Shown here: positions 36,413 through 48,299 of the stretch, in pieces
How the letters are laid out: every line of letters starts with the position of its first letter
Numbering within the stretch: the first letter of the stretch is position 1
Assembly (NCBI GenBank): GCA_003707115.1
Contig: PPNB01000001.1
Location: 434,001-498,000, forward strand
Origin: Tortispora ganteri
Lineage: Eukaryota
Direction: 5' to 3'
Length of the DNA: 64,000 nucleotides
Translations under genes and position numbers: made by a program
The notes under the pieces: generated by a model
The model's database searches: none
What the model saw: the letters and a program-made list of their open reading frames with translations, nothing else
What the model was told of the DNA's origin: nothing

Positions 36413-38828
36413 CTAGCTGCTTCCAGACACAGCAAGCTTCTCAAGATGCGACATAAACGTCTGTAGAGACACATCATCAGTGTGAACGTACGTAGACGTT
36501 CCCATGGTATTGCCAAATCGATTGTTAGACTCCTCGGATGTAGAGGGGTTCAATTTCGAAAGCAAAAATCGAGCTTGCGATCCTCCAGCATCAGTCACCA
36601 CAAACCTAGGCAGCGGAAATCTGTTCACTAAAAGTTCAGCTGCTTCTACTCTAGGTGCTTGTAGCAATTCCCGGAGATATTCGTACTCTTCTTGGTCTTG
36701 GTACCCAGCCTTTCGCCATTGAGCAATAAGCTCACCGTGGAAAATCAGAATATGGAAAAACGTGTCTAGAAGAAGAATCACATCCGGTTTAATAGATACA
36801 GTGTCCAACAGTACAGGCATAGGTGGCTTGTCGGTACTGAAGCATGTCAGAGTAGGCTGGATCATAATTAGACTGTTGCCTACATCCTCCCGGTACAAAA
36901 CGTGACGATAAAAAGCTGTCTCGTCAGGCGAATTGTTAAATACCTGCAAGAATTGGGACCTTCTTAGATGGTAAATAAACTGAGGAAAGAGTCTAAACCC
37001 AGGAGATAGAGAAAACGAAGCAACGTCGTCTTTGCGATAATCTGCATATTTCTGACAGACGCGAATAAGCATTCGATCGACCCAACGAAGTACATCATTG
37101 TGATCATCTGTTTCTGCTTTGAAAACAGCCAATCTTGCCAGCAAAGTGGCAGCTGCCTCTTGATCAAATGATAATGCAATTGAAGGATCTCCTCCAGGAC
37201 TCATCGCTCTAGCAAGAGTAGTGACCCGAAGCCTGAACTGGCCACTCGAGTGAATGTAAGTGGTAATATATTGAATCAAGGCATTTGGTGGTGCATTACC
37301 AGATTGGCTAGCGGTTTGTGAAACAACTTCGAAGAAAGTGGCGTATGTCATCGTGGGGGTGATACCACACATTCTCCAGGCGCGAGTTCCGCCAATTCCA
37401 ACCTCGGATTCAGACACTTGGGTCGTCTTTTTATTCAAAGAGAATACATTGCCTAGTATCCCTTGAATCTTTATATCTTTAGAGGTGATAACTTCCATGT
37501 TCGCCATGAATGCCATATTGAGGTCACCATTAGAGTCCTTGTCAAAGAGACGAAGGAAAGACTGTTTGAACAAACTGCTACTGAATGAATCCGTTAAGAC
37601 CAAACAGCCGCCAGTTGAAGAAGCTAGATATTTCATTTCAGCCATTCCAATTTGATCGTAGCAGCCCGCGAAGATATCTACAGCGTGTCCCGCTAAAGCC
37701 GAACGACGCGCAAGTCCTTCGTAATACTTACAGGCCTTCTTATAGTGCTTTGCATTACCTCTGTCAATATCATGATGAGAACGAATAGGTTCGCGAAGTT
37801 CGGGGCCAACTACCTGTCCGGGACCCTGAGTAGCTGGACCTCCTGCGAAGAGAAGAATGTGGCCAGGGCAATCCTGGAAAGAAGTTTCCATGAAAGATAT
37901 GGCGACATTCATGGCAACGCCAGTGCACCTTAGCGCACGGTGATCGCCCTTGACAGGCCAAGAATCAGGTTGAAGTTCTTCGAGAATGTTAATAAGTTGA
38001 AACTCACAGTTTTGGAGCGGTTGAACAAAGCGCATAGCACTAGCACTAATCTGCTGCGGGCGGGGAGCGCCAGTACCACGGAGTGTGGGGGCCATTAGTC
38101 CGAGTATATCCTGAACTTGCTTCACGCTGTAATCTTTATTTCCACGAAACACATAAGACTTTTTACAGACAGAGTAGCCTAATTCGTAGAGGTGACACAT
38201 TGTGCCAAAAGTCATTAAACCGACCAAAGCATTCTCGGGGAGCAAGTTCAGAGAAACTATGATAGATTGTTTAAGAGCCATTAGCGTATCGGCAGGCTGA
38301 CAAGTATCGACGATAAAGAAGAAGATGGGTGGAGTTGACACTGGACGGGAAAGGAGGTATTCTACCGAGGTGTTCTGAGGCGCCACCTCGAGGGGCAGTG
38401 CGGCCGGAGTGAAATTTTTGTACTGAGGAGGCAAAGGATTGCGATTCAAGCAGAACGGACAAGTCCAGGAGTTGCTTCTGATATCTACAGTACAGAAAGG
38501 ATTGAGAATGGCGCTGCAAGGAGGTTTGCAAGCCACAGGCTCGTAGTCTAGGATAGGAAGATCGGGCCGTTCATGTAGAGGAGTAAACATTGCGCCAATT
38601 GGAACAACAGACCGGTTGGCTTCAATGCGCGTAGATGGAAACACGTTCCAGCTGAAACGCACGCCATCTTTGTCTTCATACTCTTCAAAATCCTGTTAAA
38701 AGTTAGAAGCGGAACGAAGGGTTGAGATATTAAAGTAGGTAGGGCTGCCGTTGTCTCAGTGCGGATGAATTAACATTGAGTTCAAATTTAATACACTTAT
38801 TCAGCGACAAATATCAGTTACTTACCAT
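36413..38828 (-). CDS. SEC23: COPII coat subunit Sec23; exon 1 is the ATG only (38828-38826), intron 38825-38693 (133 nt)
   Basis: Zn finger, trunk and gelsolin domains; ATG|GTAAGT...TTCTAAC...CAG|GAT gives [17 protein letters not shown]. Confidence 0.95.
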
Positions 38829-39007
38829 TTTAAAGGGTCCTGGACGAATATGCACACCGCTTCAAGATGCTGTAGATAGGTGTATACGTGTGCGGTGTCA
38901 AGCAAAGTGCAGTAGGTGTTGTTGCTATGTAACCCGCATAGCAACGGTAAGTGAATTATACAATCTAAATAGATGAATGAGTAAAATAATAGTATAATAG
39001 AGGGTAA

Positions 39008-41917
39008 TTATCGCTTTCTGCAACATCGCCACATGTTTGTCGTGATAACAAACCAAAGACAGCCAAAGAATCTTACGACTGCGATCAAAGCTGTGACTAG
39101 GATCAATGTGAAGAAATAGTAGTGTTTGCGGTCAACAGATGAGTTTACGCGGAAGGTGCCGTCAGAGTTCATGCTTTCTGCACTGATCGCAAATATTAAT
39201 GCGACATTACTCACAAGCCATGCAATCACAAGATTGGTACGAAAACTTCTGTATAAATCATCGGCTGTAGCAGTCGACTTCTTCTGTGGCTCTTTGTATG
39301 GGGTTAAAGCTCTTTTCACAACCTTCTCAAATCGCGAATCTATGTCATCTTGAGACATATCTGTCTCTTCGACCACAGCCAATCGACCATTGATCTTCAT
39401 TGACTTGAGTTCAGGGAGAGAATCGGCCTGCTCTGCGCCTTTCGTGCCCCACGAGACGTCGTGCCAGTTGCAGAATGCGTAGACGTTTAAGATATTCGTG
39501 AAACTTGACGACATGAACATGTATTGCATCATAGAATGTATACAATGAAGGGGGTCCATGTATAGAATTCCTGATAAAATGAAAAGTCCAACGGTAGACA
39601 TGAGTGTGATAATGGTGAGCAACTGAATCGAATCGAATAACGTACTTCCAGTAATTCCCTGCATGAAAGGACCCGGTCCTGAAAAGGCATTATACACTAA
39701 ATAATAAGACAATGTGAGCACATATCCTTGAATCAAACAGAACATCACCGTCATGATATTGTACCAGGTTTTTGAACCTCTTGGTCTGTTTCCAAGCGCC
39801 AGAATAAACGACAGGGCTATCAGCGCGACATAAACATACTTCAGTATCACAGAAATGTACTTTGATACAACATTTGGAAACGGGAAAGGTTTCTGGTCAG
39901 TTCCACCGTATTGGTTAGGATCTGCTGTAAGTTCCATGAGCACAGTTGTTGTGAGATAGAACGCAGCTAAAGCAAACCAGTTCAGAAGCAGGACGATGAA
40001 ATTGTATACCATCTGGAAATGCAAGCCGAATCCACGTAACACATTGTGTCCTGACCGATAGATCCTACCAAAGTGACTGAGAGCATAAATACCAGCAGCA
40101 AATGACCCGTTGAGCCATCGGCGTCGCTGTGATATGAACTCATCGATGCGTTCAGGAACATCTGTTTCTGCTTTAGCGTCTTTAATGTACTTCAAGTGCC
40201 ATTTGCTCTTGGCTTTGAACACTACTTCAAAACAGAGAATACGGTCTTCTGCTAAGAACATATTTTTCTTGAAAATATTCATGCCGTCAACGCCTCGTGA
40301 TCCCAACTTTTTTGCCAGAGAGTGATCTCCTCTGAAATACTGTTCCAGTGGTCGGCCCTCAATAGCTCTGTATCTGTATGCAGAGAAGGCTCCCGGTAAA
40401 ACGCTGATAAATCCGAACCCAGATTCAAGAGGTTTGTCGAGAATGTTGGAGATCTTATATTCGAAGTTTTGAGCCGCGACAATTGGGTTAAGCAGGTTCT
40501 TGCCGTGTTTGCCCAACATTGCGTGGATTTCTCCACATGCACCGCCTAGATTCGGGTCATTATAGAAAGCGGTCCACAAGGCCAAGATAGATTTGTTGTT
40601 TGGTTTTGTTCCTGCGTCAAGAAGAATGACGACCTCCGGTTGCAAAAGTTTACAGAAAGCATTAAACAGCCAACGATGCGAGTTGATCTTCTTGGAGTTT
40701 TTCTGTTTAAAGCAAAATACCATCTGCACGGGCATTAAGCTGTTAGAGTCCGATTCGTCAGGACAAACCAGTTCCATATCAGAAGTAACGGATAGCTGAG
40801 TAGTGTACTCAAAGATGTGGGCAGTTGTTTCCTCACTGTCAATGGTCTTCTTCATTATTCCGTCTTGGTACACACCTATAGTGGCCAGGATATCGAGAGT
40901 TTCCTTATCACAAGGGTCTATGCCATCAAATAAGAGGGTGACGACAATTTTTTGCCACGCAGGGCCGTTATTGTTCCAGAACTCTGACTTTTTTAGTTTA
41001 CAGATATCTCTAATATTTGTCATCACTCCATGCAAACTGCGAGCAACAAGCGATTTGTCTTCGTTGTAGTAGGTGATTGCGATGACTAGTTCAGTAGACC
41101 TGCCGTAATCTAGAGGACGGAGAGAGTATCCCGCAGACAGAGAGAACTCGTCGGGGTCACAGGTTGCGGCAGTATATCTAATATGAGAGAACTCTGTAGT
41201 ATCTGCTTCGATATCCCTGAACTTCGGCAAAGTGGCATTTTTGATCGCAGAGGGCACAGCGTACTCTGCGGAAAATACTTTTCCTTTGACAAGCGACACC
41301 TTTCTAGTGCCGTAGCGTTTTAAAGTAGTTCCGTTTTGGCGTTTGACCCACTGGTCGTTGAAGTTATCAATGCTATCATAATCAGAAGCATCAAGTGAAG
41401 CGTTTGAGTCGAATCTTCGCATAGTGCTGAACCGTTTAAGGGGTATGTCTGTGAGCATTTCTTTACGGCTAGCACCAAACTCGTCCTGATCTGAGATACT
41501 GACGTCTAATTCCGAATAGTCGTCAGAAGCGTAGGACTCTCGCAGCTGGTACCTGTGGTTTGTATTAGGCGAGGTGTCGTTGCGGGACATGTCTTCAGGA
41601 ATGTTTCGGTAATGATAGCCAAGATCAGACTGATTCAGGAATCTTGTGCTGGTGTTAGAGTACTGATACCTTATGGGGCTTGGGGATCTCACCGGAGACG
41701 TAGAGTTAGGCCGACTGAAATTCGGAGAAGGGATGTTTATGGAAGAGGCGGGTGAGTACTGGAATGAAGCAGCAGAAGGTAAAAGTCTTCTGTGTGGTTC
41801 GGGAGTAATAGGAGGAATGTCTTGTAGCGTACTCATATTTGAATCTATGGTATTTAAAGGGCTTTGTGGCTCATTAACATCCTCGTACCATCGTCTGGGG
41901 CTGGCGCTGAATGGCAT
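39008..41917 (-). CDS. Chitin synthase, class III type
   Basis: [56 protein letters not shown]. Confidence 0.92.
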   Translation of the reverse strand: MPFSASPRRWYEDVNEPQSPLNTIDSNMSTLQDIPPITPEPHRRLLPSAASFQYSPASSINIPSPNFSRPNSTSPVRSPSPIRYQYSNTSTRFLNQSDLGYHYRNIPEDMSRNDTSPNTNHRYQLRESYASDDYSELDVSISDQDEFGASRKEMLTDIPLKRFSTMRRFDSNASLDASDYDSIDNFNDQWVKRQNGTTLKRYGTRKVSLVKGKVFSAEYAVPSAIKNATLPKFRDIEADTTEFSHIRYTAATCDPDEFSLSAGYSLRPLDYGRSTELVIAITYYNEDKSLVARSLHGVMTNIRDICKLKKSEFWNNNGPAWQKIVVTLLFDGIDPCDKETLDILATIGVYQDGIMKKTIDSEETTAHIFEYTTQLSVTSDMELVCPDESDSNSLMPVQMVFCFKQKNSKKINSHRWLFNAFCKLLQPEVVILLDAGTKPNNKSILALWTAFYNDPNLGGACGEIHAMLGKHGKNLLNPIVAAQNFEYKISNILDKPLESGFGFISVLPGAFSAYRYRAIEGRPLEQYFRGDHSLAKKLGSRGVDGMNIFKKNMFLAEDRILCFEVVFKAKSKWHLKYIKDAKAETDVPERIDEFISQRRRWLNGSFAAGIYALSHFGRIYRSGHNVLRGFGLHFQMVYNFIVLLLNWFALAAFYLTTTVLMELTADPNQYGGTDQKPFPFPNVVSKYISVILKYVYVALIALSFILALGNRPRGSKTWYNIMTVMFCLIQGYVLTLSYYLVYNAFSGPGPFMQGITGSTLFDSIQLLTIITLMSTVGLFILSGILYMDPLHCIHSMMQYMFMSSSFTNILNVYAFCNWHDVSWGTKGAEQADSLPELKSMKINGRLAVVEETDMSQDDIDSRFEKVVKRALTPYKEPQKKSTATADDLYRSFRTNLVIAWLVSNVALIFAISAESMNSDGTFRVNSSVDRKHYYFFTLILVTALIAVVRFFGCLWFVITTNMWRCCRKR

Positions 41918-43600
41918 TTTTAAGGGTCTAGAGCGAGAAACAAGGCTTTTGAGAGACAGTTATGACTAATCGCAAACCAGTTCTTGCGCAAAATTACAAT
42001 GATAAATAACAAACCCTTTTGCTTATAATACTTTTCTCAAGCAGCTTGTTGCGATCGAAAAAGATGAATAAGTAAATTAAGCATGGTGGTAAGTGTTTAT
42101 TGGTTTCCCGATAAGGTAATACCCAATGTAAATGGAAAGTGCGGCGAAGATAGTTTCTTTTTTAACGGCCAATTAAATAGAGTCCAAAAAAAGAGTAACG
42201 ATCGAAATGGAAGGGAGAAAAAGGTTTTTCATAGTATTATTTGCAAATTCAATAAAATTTATGTAGTGTCACATGTAGGGAAAGAATATGATGTTCTATA
42301 TGTTGTGTACGCCGCCTATAATGTATGGTGGATAGGCTGAGTGGGTAGGCAACAATATATCGAATAGCGCGGCGGATGCGATTCTATTTATGGTCATTTA
42401 CAACGATAATCACGCTTCAATAATGATTGTCGATTGGTCAATTTGCCATTCTGTAGTATACATTCTGAAATAATAAATTATGCCACTATATTTCCAAACG
42501 GCAGCAAGCTTTGTGATACTCATCAAACGGTTCTTACATTTTCTTCTAAAACGCCACTCTTCTCCTGTATAGGTTATTGACCAAATTAACCAAACACAAC
42601 AACACTCTTTAAATATCTAATAAGTTTTTCATCTTATTTTTTTTCTCAGCTACAATGTCAACGATGTGTGACTCGTGAATTGATCTTCTCAAGAATAGAG
42701 TTTAGCAGATCAACACCTTTCGACAGTGACATTGTTCGACAGCTCACACATATGGGCGTGCACTGTATGTAACAGAAACCATTTTGCTGAATTTTTCGAT
42801 GGTAATCGCAATTATCTTCTGTGCTCAAATAATAATACCCTTGTTTTCAGATCAACTCTGCATACTTTGCGTAACTTCTTACTGGCAGTATTCTCTCGCC
42901 TAGAAAACCTTTCATTGCGGAACCCTCAATCTTGGCGTCAAAGTTTGATGCACCTACTCTGGCCCAAAAACTACTGCCAAACAATCGTTCACTGCCATAT
43001 ATTCTTTGAGCTTAATTTAGAATATTTCCACATGGTTTCTGTAAATAAATAACATGGCTATATGAGCCATCGGCACCCCGTTGCAAATACTTACTGTACT
43101 TATTTAACCCTCGATGATTAACGCATCCACATTAAGTATTACGAGAATAACCTTATTATACTAAGAGAAAACTTAATCTGATCCTCCCTCACATTCAGCC
43201 GTAGCCGTTTAAGCGTTTTAGTAAAAGACCGTATACACCCTGCTGTATTACCAACCACCTTTATAGCGCGCACTATTATCGTCCCTCAAATTTTTCTTCT
43301 ATAGTGTATACTTGAACAACCCCACTGTGTCTTTTTATCTACTTTAGCTGAACTCCAGATATCTCATTTCAGGTCGTCCTGCTATTGCGCAAGCCGTTAT
43401 ACGAAACTAAACTGAAAATTATCGTACAAATTACACCTCCCTGGATAAAGCCTCTTGAGCTAACAGTCTTGCTTTTTGTGGGAAAATCTAAGCCGAAAAC
43501 AGAGCTTTGATTCTATTCTGTTCTATCTTCCCTAACCCGCTACCTCTTCTGCTGTTTTACTGCTACTACACGCGAAATCTGCGCTTTCACTTCGCCCTCC

Positions 43601-45271
43601 ATGTCCGACCCTTCTCAACCCGTATTCAGAAAAATCGCTACAAGGGCATGTATACCCTGTAGAAAACTTCACGGCAAATGCGACTCAGTAGAACCAACTT
43701 GTGGGCCATGTACCAAGAGAGGTAATACCGACTGCGTTTACGTTAAGAGCCGCAGAGGAGGCAAACGCCAGCCAGCTGAACCTCATAAAGATCAGCAACC
43801 AATCTCCTACGTGAAAGATCACCATTTGGATCAAGAAGACGAAGATATTGAAATAGCTTCAATGGTAGGCTCGTCTGTCTCTACTTCGACAACCAGCTCT
43901 TTTGGTTCTCACGGCAAACAACAAGACCCTTTGCTAATTTCTCCTGAAGGCGACTCAACTGCATGTAAACTCACTCCCGAAACGAAACTCAAAAACGCCG
44001 TGGCGATCCCACTAAAACCTGAAATTAAAAAGGAAACTTCAAACCCGGTCTTAGAATCTGATCTGATAATTTATTATTATGACTACATTCAGCCGTTCCT
44101 GCCGATCCTTTTCCCCACCCGGGACACTACTCTCGCCAATATACACATCTGGCCTGAAATATCTTCCGCTTTGAGATTCCTCTATTCGAATGAAGAAATA
44201 GGAGAAAACACTGATCTATACGTTGAGAACATTATTAATGACCTATCCAGTTCTATATATGAACCAAACACGCCCGCTGACATAGTGACTCTGCAGGCCA
44301 CTTTCATCTACCTGTTTGCCGCGCAATTGAAATTTCTATCACAATTAAACGTCTTCTTACGAGAAAATATGGAGGAAATATTAACTAACCCTTCAGAACT
44401 TATATATTCCCCGCGCGTGGCTATGATATCGCCAGAAGATCTTCAAATTACTTTGAGATTGATACTCCTTGAGGCGTTCACAATGGACACAACTAATGTA
44501 TACTTCTATCGCATAGAGCCATCACTACCACATTCCTTTCTATTGGACTACCCTGCTCTTGACTTGCCACATCGTTCTTGTCGCTTGCAGCAAGATATTG
44601 CATTGACTTGCCGTCAAGCTATTGAACTTTGTTTGCGAGAACAGGTTTCAAAGAACGAACTGTTCAAGTTGGACTCATTGCTCATGCAATGCCGCGACCG
44701 CCTTCAGAATGCCAATAGCTTATATCCTCCACTAATCGATCCTTCAGGCGAAATAGATTATGGTGTGTTGCACAGCAATCTCATTCTAAATAACTGCATA
44801 ATGTTCACATACCAACCGTTATCTAAACTGCACGAATCTGGCATTGCGCAACTAAATGCTTTTGGTGTAGTGCAAAGAATTAACGTTCAACCTGCACCTA
44901 CAGAGCTAGAAGAGACTGAAAACATGCTAAAATGTGTTGAAGCTGCCTTCAATATCTCGCATATTATTTCCAGTTTGGAGAATCGAATTACACACAATTC
45001 AGTGCTTTGCAGTAGTATAGCTGCTTTCATGGTACTGTTGCGGTACAGTGTAATAATATCTAATCAGGAACCGTCAGGGCATGGTTTCCCTTCGGAGCTT
45101 GAGCTGACGCATTTGCAGATAAGCAACTTGATTCAATATATTGGTTTCCTGAGAGGTCATTCAAGGATGGCTGATGTAACTTTCGAGATCCTCCTGAGTA
45201 CACTTATGACTACGGTTCCGGTTGATGTTTATCACGCATTAGCATTACCTGTTCTTCCACAAGCAGTTTGA
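43601..45271 (+). CDS. Zn(II)2Cys6 transcription factor
   Basis: ACIPCRKLHGKCDSVEPTCGPCTKRGNTDCVY..SRRGG; YYDYIQPFLPIL middle-homology-region start. Confidence 0.9.
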   Translation: MSDPSQPVFRKIATRACIPCRKLHGKCDSVEPTCGPCTKRGNTDCVYVKSRRGGKRQPAEPHKDQQPISYVKDHHLDQEDEDIEIASMVGSSVSTSTTSSFGSHGKQQDPLLISPEGDSTACKLTPETKLKNAVAIPLKPEIKKETSNPVLESDLIIYYYDYIQPFLPILFPTRDTTLANIHIWPEISSALRFLYSNEEIGENTDLYVENIINDLSSSIYEPNTPADIVTLQATFIYLFAAQLKFLSQLNVFLRENMEEILTNPSELIYSPRVAMISPEDLQITLRLILLEAFTMDTTNVYFYRIEPSLPHSFLLDYPALDLPHRSCRLQQDIALTCRQAIELCLREQVSKNELFKLDSLLMQCRDRLQNANSLYPPLIDPSGEIDYGVLHSNLILNNCIMFTYQPLSKLHESGIAQLNAFGVVQRINVQPAPTELEETENMLKCVEAAFNISHIISSLENRITHNSVLCSSIAAFMVLLRYSVIISNQEPSGHGFPSELELTHLQISNLIQYIGFLRGHSRMADVTFEILLSTLMTTVPVDVYHALALPVLPQAV

Positions 45272-45455
45272 TATTGTTTCGGTAACCCAATATATTTCTA
45301 AATTTATATCAGTTTGCTTTTTTTGCGTTCTTATTATATTTTGCCCCCGTAATTCATATAATAAGACAAAGTAGTTAGAAGTATAATCAATTGATTTAAG
45401 ATAAGAACTGAAATTCTCTTTATGTATTAATTGCAAATAACTGTAATAACTGGAA

Positions 45456-45527
45456 GGGCTGATAGTGTAGCGGTGATCATACTTGCCTTCCAAGCAAGTG
45501 ACAGGGGTTCGACTCCCCTTCAGCTCA
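45456..45527 (+). tRNA. tRNA-Gly(TCC)
   Basis: Acceptor GGGCTGA/TCAGCTC-A; anticodon arm CTTGC-CTTCCAA-GCAAG; T arm AGGGG-TTCGACT-CCCCT; poly-T downstream. Confidence 0.95.
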
Positions 45528-46049
45528 TAAAAATTTTTTTTTCTATACTTAAGGGATAGATGAATTATGATACAAGTATGATAATATATTTAATGTAATG
45601 TTTTATCGTATTGTATAAGGGCCTTTTTTCGATGCAATATGTGCGATTGAGTCTCTTACAGGTGTCAGCTTCTGTGTGGGGATAAATCAGATCGACCCAC
45701 CAAGGTGCAGGAAGCGAACATTATATAAATGATGGAGCTAGTTAAACTTATTTAGGGAGATCTAAATTTCTATTTTTTTGTAATAGCTCGATAATCATTG
45801 AAGCGTGTTTGCGGATGAAGAGAAATGGCCTATTTCGGAAACGGCCTTCGAGGTCAAAGGCCGAGGGGAATGGTATGAATCCCGCATTAAATATAAATAA
45901 GAGAGAGATTCAGTGAGGGGCACTGTTTAGATCTTGTAATTATATTGCTTAAAGCATCTAGTGGTGACAGATTGTATATCAAATTATTTGGGAACTGCGA
46001 TCTGTAACAACAAGGTATTGCGAAGAATAATAACATAACTTGTGACATC

Positions 46050-46217
46050 ATGTGTATGGAAACAACCTGTGGAAAATGCAAAGGCAAGACATGGTATGGA
46101 TGTGGTCAGCACATTCCATCGGTCATGGATAATATCGATCCTGAAGAATGGTGCACTTGTGACAAATCTGGATCAAAGTATCCACCTAAGGGAGGTATGG
46201 GCTGCAACATTATGTGA
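46050..46217 (+). CDS. 55-aa Cys-rich microprotein with C-terminal CaaX (not in ORF track)
   Basis: MCMETTCGKCKGKTWYGCGQHIPSVMDNIDPEEWCTCDKSGSKYPPKGGMGCNIM; aligns by eye with the 70-aa ORF at 46360-46572. Confidence 0.82.
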   Translation: MCMETTCGKCKGKTWYGCGQHIPSVMDNIDPEEWCTCDKSGSKYPPKGGMGCNIM

Positions 46218-46359
46218 ACTTTAGACTTTTACTGACATATGATAGAACCGCCACATCGAATGGTGTAATAGCCACCCGATTAATATCTGATTGTTTTGTA
46301 CGTAGCATATATACATATATATATATATATTCTAATATGTATATGTATTAGTATATTTA

Positions 46360-46572
46360 TTATTTTACTGGTTCATTTTTAGTGATCGGAGGGTATATAG
46401 GTTCTCCGACGGGCACTTTGACGCCATCCTGCATGACTAGAGCGGGTATTTTGGGTGTGCATGTACACCACTCCTCTAACGGGATGCTGTCCATGACCTG
46501 CTTAATGTGTAAATGACATCTGCCCCACCACGAACGTCCTCCGCATTCTGTACATTGTGATTCGCGGCACAT
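46360..46572 (-). CDS. 70-aa Cys-rich microprotein, paralog of 46050-46217
   Basis: MC....C..C.G..W.G.C..HI..VMD.I..EEWCTC...YPP pattern shared with its neighbour. Confidence 0.82.
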   Translation of the reverse strand: MCRESQCTECGGRSWWGRCHLHIKQVMDSIPLEEWCTCTPKIPALVMQDGVKVPVGEPIYPPITKNEPVK

Positions 46573-46752
46573 AGTTTAGTACAGCGAATAGGTCTGTCTT
46601 GCACTTCTCCCGGTGCTTCCAAATGGAGAATGGGGTTTCCCCCTGCTGGGAGCGTTAAAGGTGTTTGGTGTCGAACTTTGACAGCACAACAATCTAGACA
46701 TATCACATTACTTGCTGCTGACCTTAGATTTGCGTAGAGAAAAGTTTTCAAT

Positions 46753-48174
46753 ATGCGAAATTTGCTTGCATTTGTCGTTGCTGGTACTGCAATTGCAACA
46801 AAAATCCGAGGCGTGGCCGATGAAAATCTCACACGGTACGAGCCAGACAAGGACGGAATGTGGGCCTGTCTAAGTGTTCCACAGGTGCGCATCCCCGTAA
46901 ACAGAATCAATGACGACTATTGTGATTGTCCAGACGGCTCTGACGAACCTGGAACTTCTGCATGTTCTGGCAGATCTTTAGCGGTGTTCCACTGCAAGAA
47001 CCTGGGCCATATTCCAAGGGATATGCCTGCTTCACGTGTTAACGATGGTGTATGTGATTACGAATATTGTTGCGACGGTTCAGACGAATGGAAAGGTCTT
47101 GTAGACTGCCCGAACAAATGTGCAGAGATAGCAAAACAGTACAAGATTGATCAAGCTCTCGAACGTGACAGACATAAACGAGGCAGTCTGATCAAACGGC
47201 AATGGCTCAACAAAGCCAAAATACTCAAAAACGACTTACAGCAGCAACTGCTCAAAGCCAACCAAAAGCTACATGCCGCTAATGTTGCCCTGGAGCAGGT
47301 TCGTATAGAGGCCGAAGAAGAATCGGTAGTAGACGAAGAATCGGTAGCGAATGCTGTTAGTCGCGCTATATCTCTGCTAGAGAAGTATCGGGACCGCGTG
47401 ACGATGCTAGAGTCGATTTTAAACAATTTCGAACAAGGACCTTCTGATACAGATGGAGAGAGCGCTTCAGATGTACATAATAGAGTTTTCTCCGGGCTGA
47501 AAGCGTACCGCCGATCGTTCCCTGCCGATGCGTCCCAGGAAGAGTCCCCCGAAGCCATTGGAGCTGAACTCCAGGACTTGCTTCTTGATTTAAGTCGTGT
47601 AGATAGAAGTTCTAGCAGCAACTCATTACTTGACAGACTGAGGCGGAAACTACGCGAGGTTCTAGAGAAGAACAAGATTTTACCCAGAGACGAGACAGCT
47701 GCAAACAAGGGCAAGAAATCTGCGAAAAAGGGCCGAAAGCTGAATTCTGCGGAAGAGGCCGTCAGTAAAGCTCAGACTATTGTTGAAGATCTGAGTACAA
47801 AATTAGAAGATCAAAATACTGGCCCGGACGACTTGTTTTTGGCGCTGGAAGGCGTATGTTTTAGCAATGATATGGGAGAATACGAGTATGAGATCTGCAT
47901 CACAGGTTCAGCTTCTCAAAAAAGCAAATTGAGCAAATCATCTATGTCTCTTGGTAGTTTTAAGGGTCACAGAGAGGGTTTTAAATTCTGGTACGAAGAT
48001 GGTGCGAAGTGCTGGAACGGTCCAGCAAGAAGTGTTGAAGTCACGTACTCATGCGGGCCCGAGAACAAGATCTTGTCAGTGCACGAGCCTGAAAAGTGTT
48101 TCTATGCAATCAAGGCCATGAGTCCATTGGCCTGTGATATTTCAAGCGATAAATCTGGCCATGACGAATTATAA
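46753..48174 (+). CDS. GTB1: Glucosidase II beta subunit
   Basis: Signal peptide, INDDYCDCPDGSDEPGTSAC, MRH domain (CWNGPARS), C-terminal HDEL. Confidence 0.93.
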   Translation: MRNLLAFVVAGTAIATKIRGVADENLTRYEPDKDGMWACLSVPQVRIPVNRINDDYCDCPDGSDEPGTSACSGRSLAVFHCKNLGHIPRDMPASRVNDGVCDYEYCCDGSDEWKGLVDCPNKCAEIAKQYKIDQALERDRHKRGSLIKRQWLNKAKILKNDLQQQLLKANQKLHAANVALEQVRIEAEEESVVDEESVANAVSRAISLLEKYRDRVTMLESILNNFEQGPSDTDGESASDVHNRVFSGLKAYRRSFPADASQEESPEAIGAELQDLLLDLSRVDRSSSSNSLLDRLRRKLREVLEKNKILPRDETAANKGKKSAKKGRKLNSAEEAVSKAQTIVEDLSTKLEDQNTGPDDLFLALEGVCFSNDMGEYEYEICITGSASQKSKLSKSSMSLGSFKGHREGFKFWYEDGAKCWNGPARSVEVTYSCGPENKILSVHEPEKCFYAIKAMSPLACDISSDKSGHDEL

Positions 48175-48299
48175 AAGCAGCCATTTTCACTTGTCAGATA
48201 TGTTCATTTCTAAGCTCTAATATGTAGCTCCACCCAACTGCCATCAATCTCCCAAACCTTCATTCTTTGATCGATTTTTTCATCACATTACTAGGAAAC

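Noticed and set aside
42726..43052. 108-aa GTG-start ORF
   Set aside because: No ATG start and no recognisable domain.
45245..45493. 82-aa minus-strand ORF
   Set aside because: Overlaps tRNA-Gly and AT-rich terminator sequence; spurious.
46042..46224. 60-aa track ORF
   Set aside because: Wrong frame; the supported gene is the 55-aa frame at 46050-46217.
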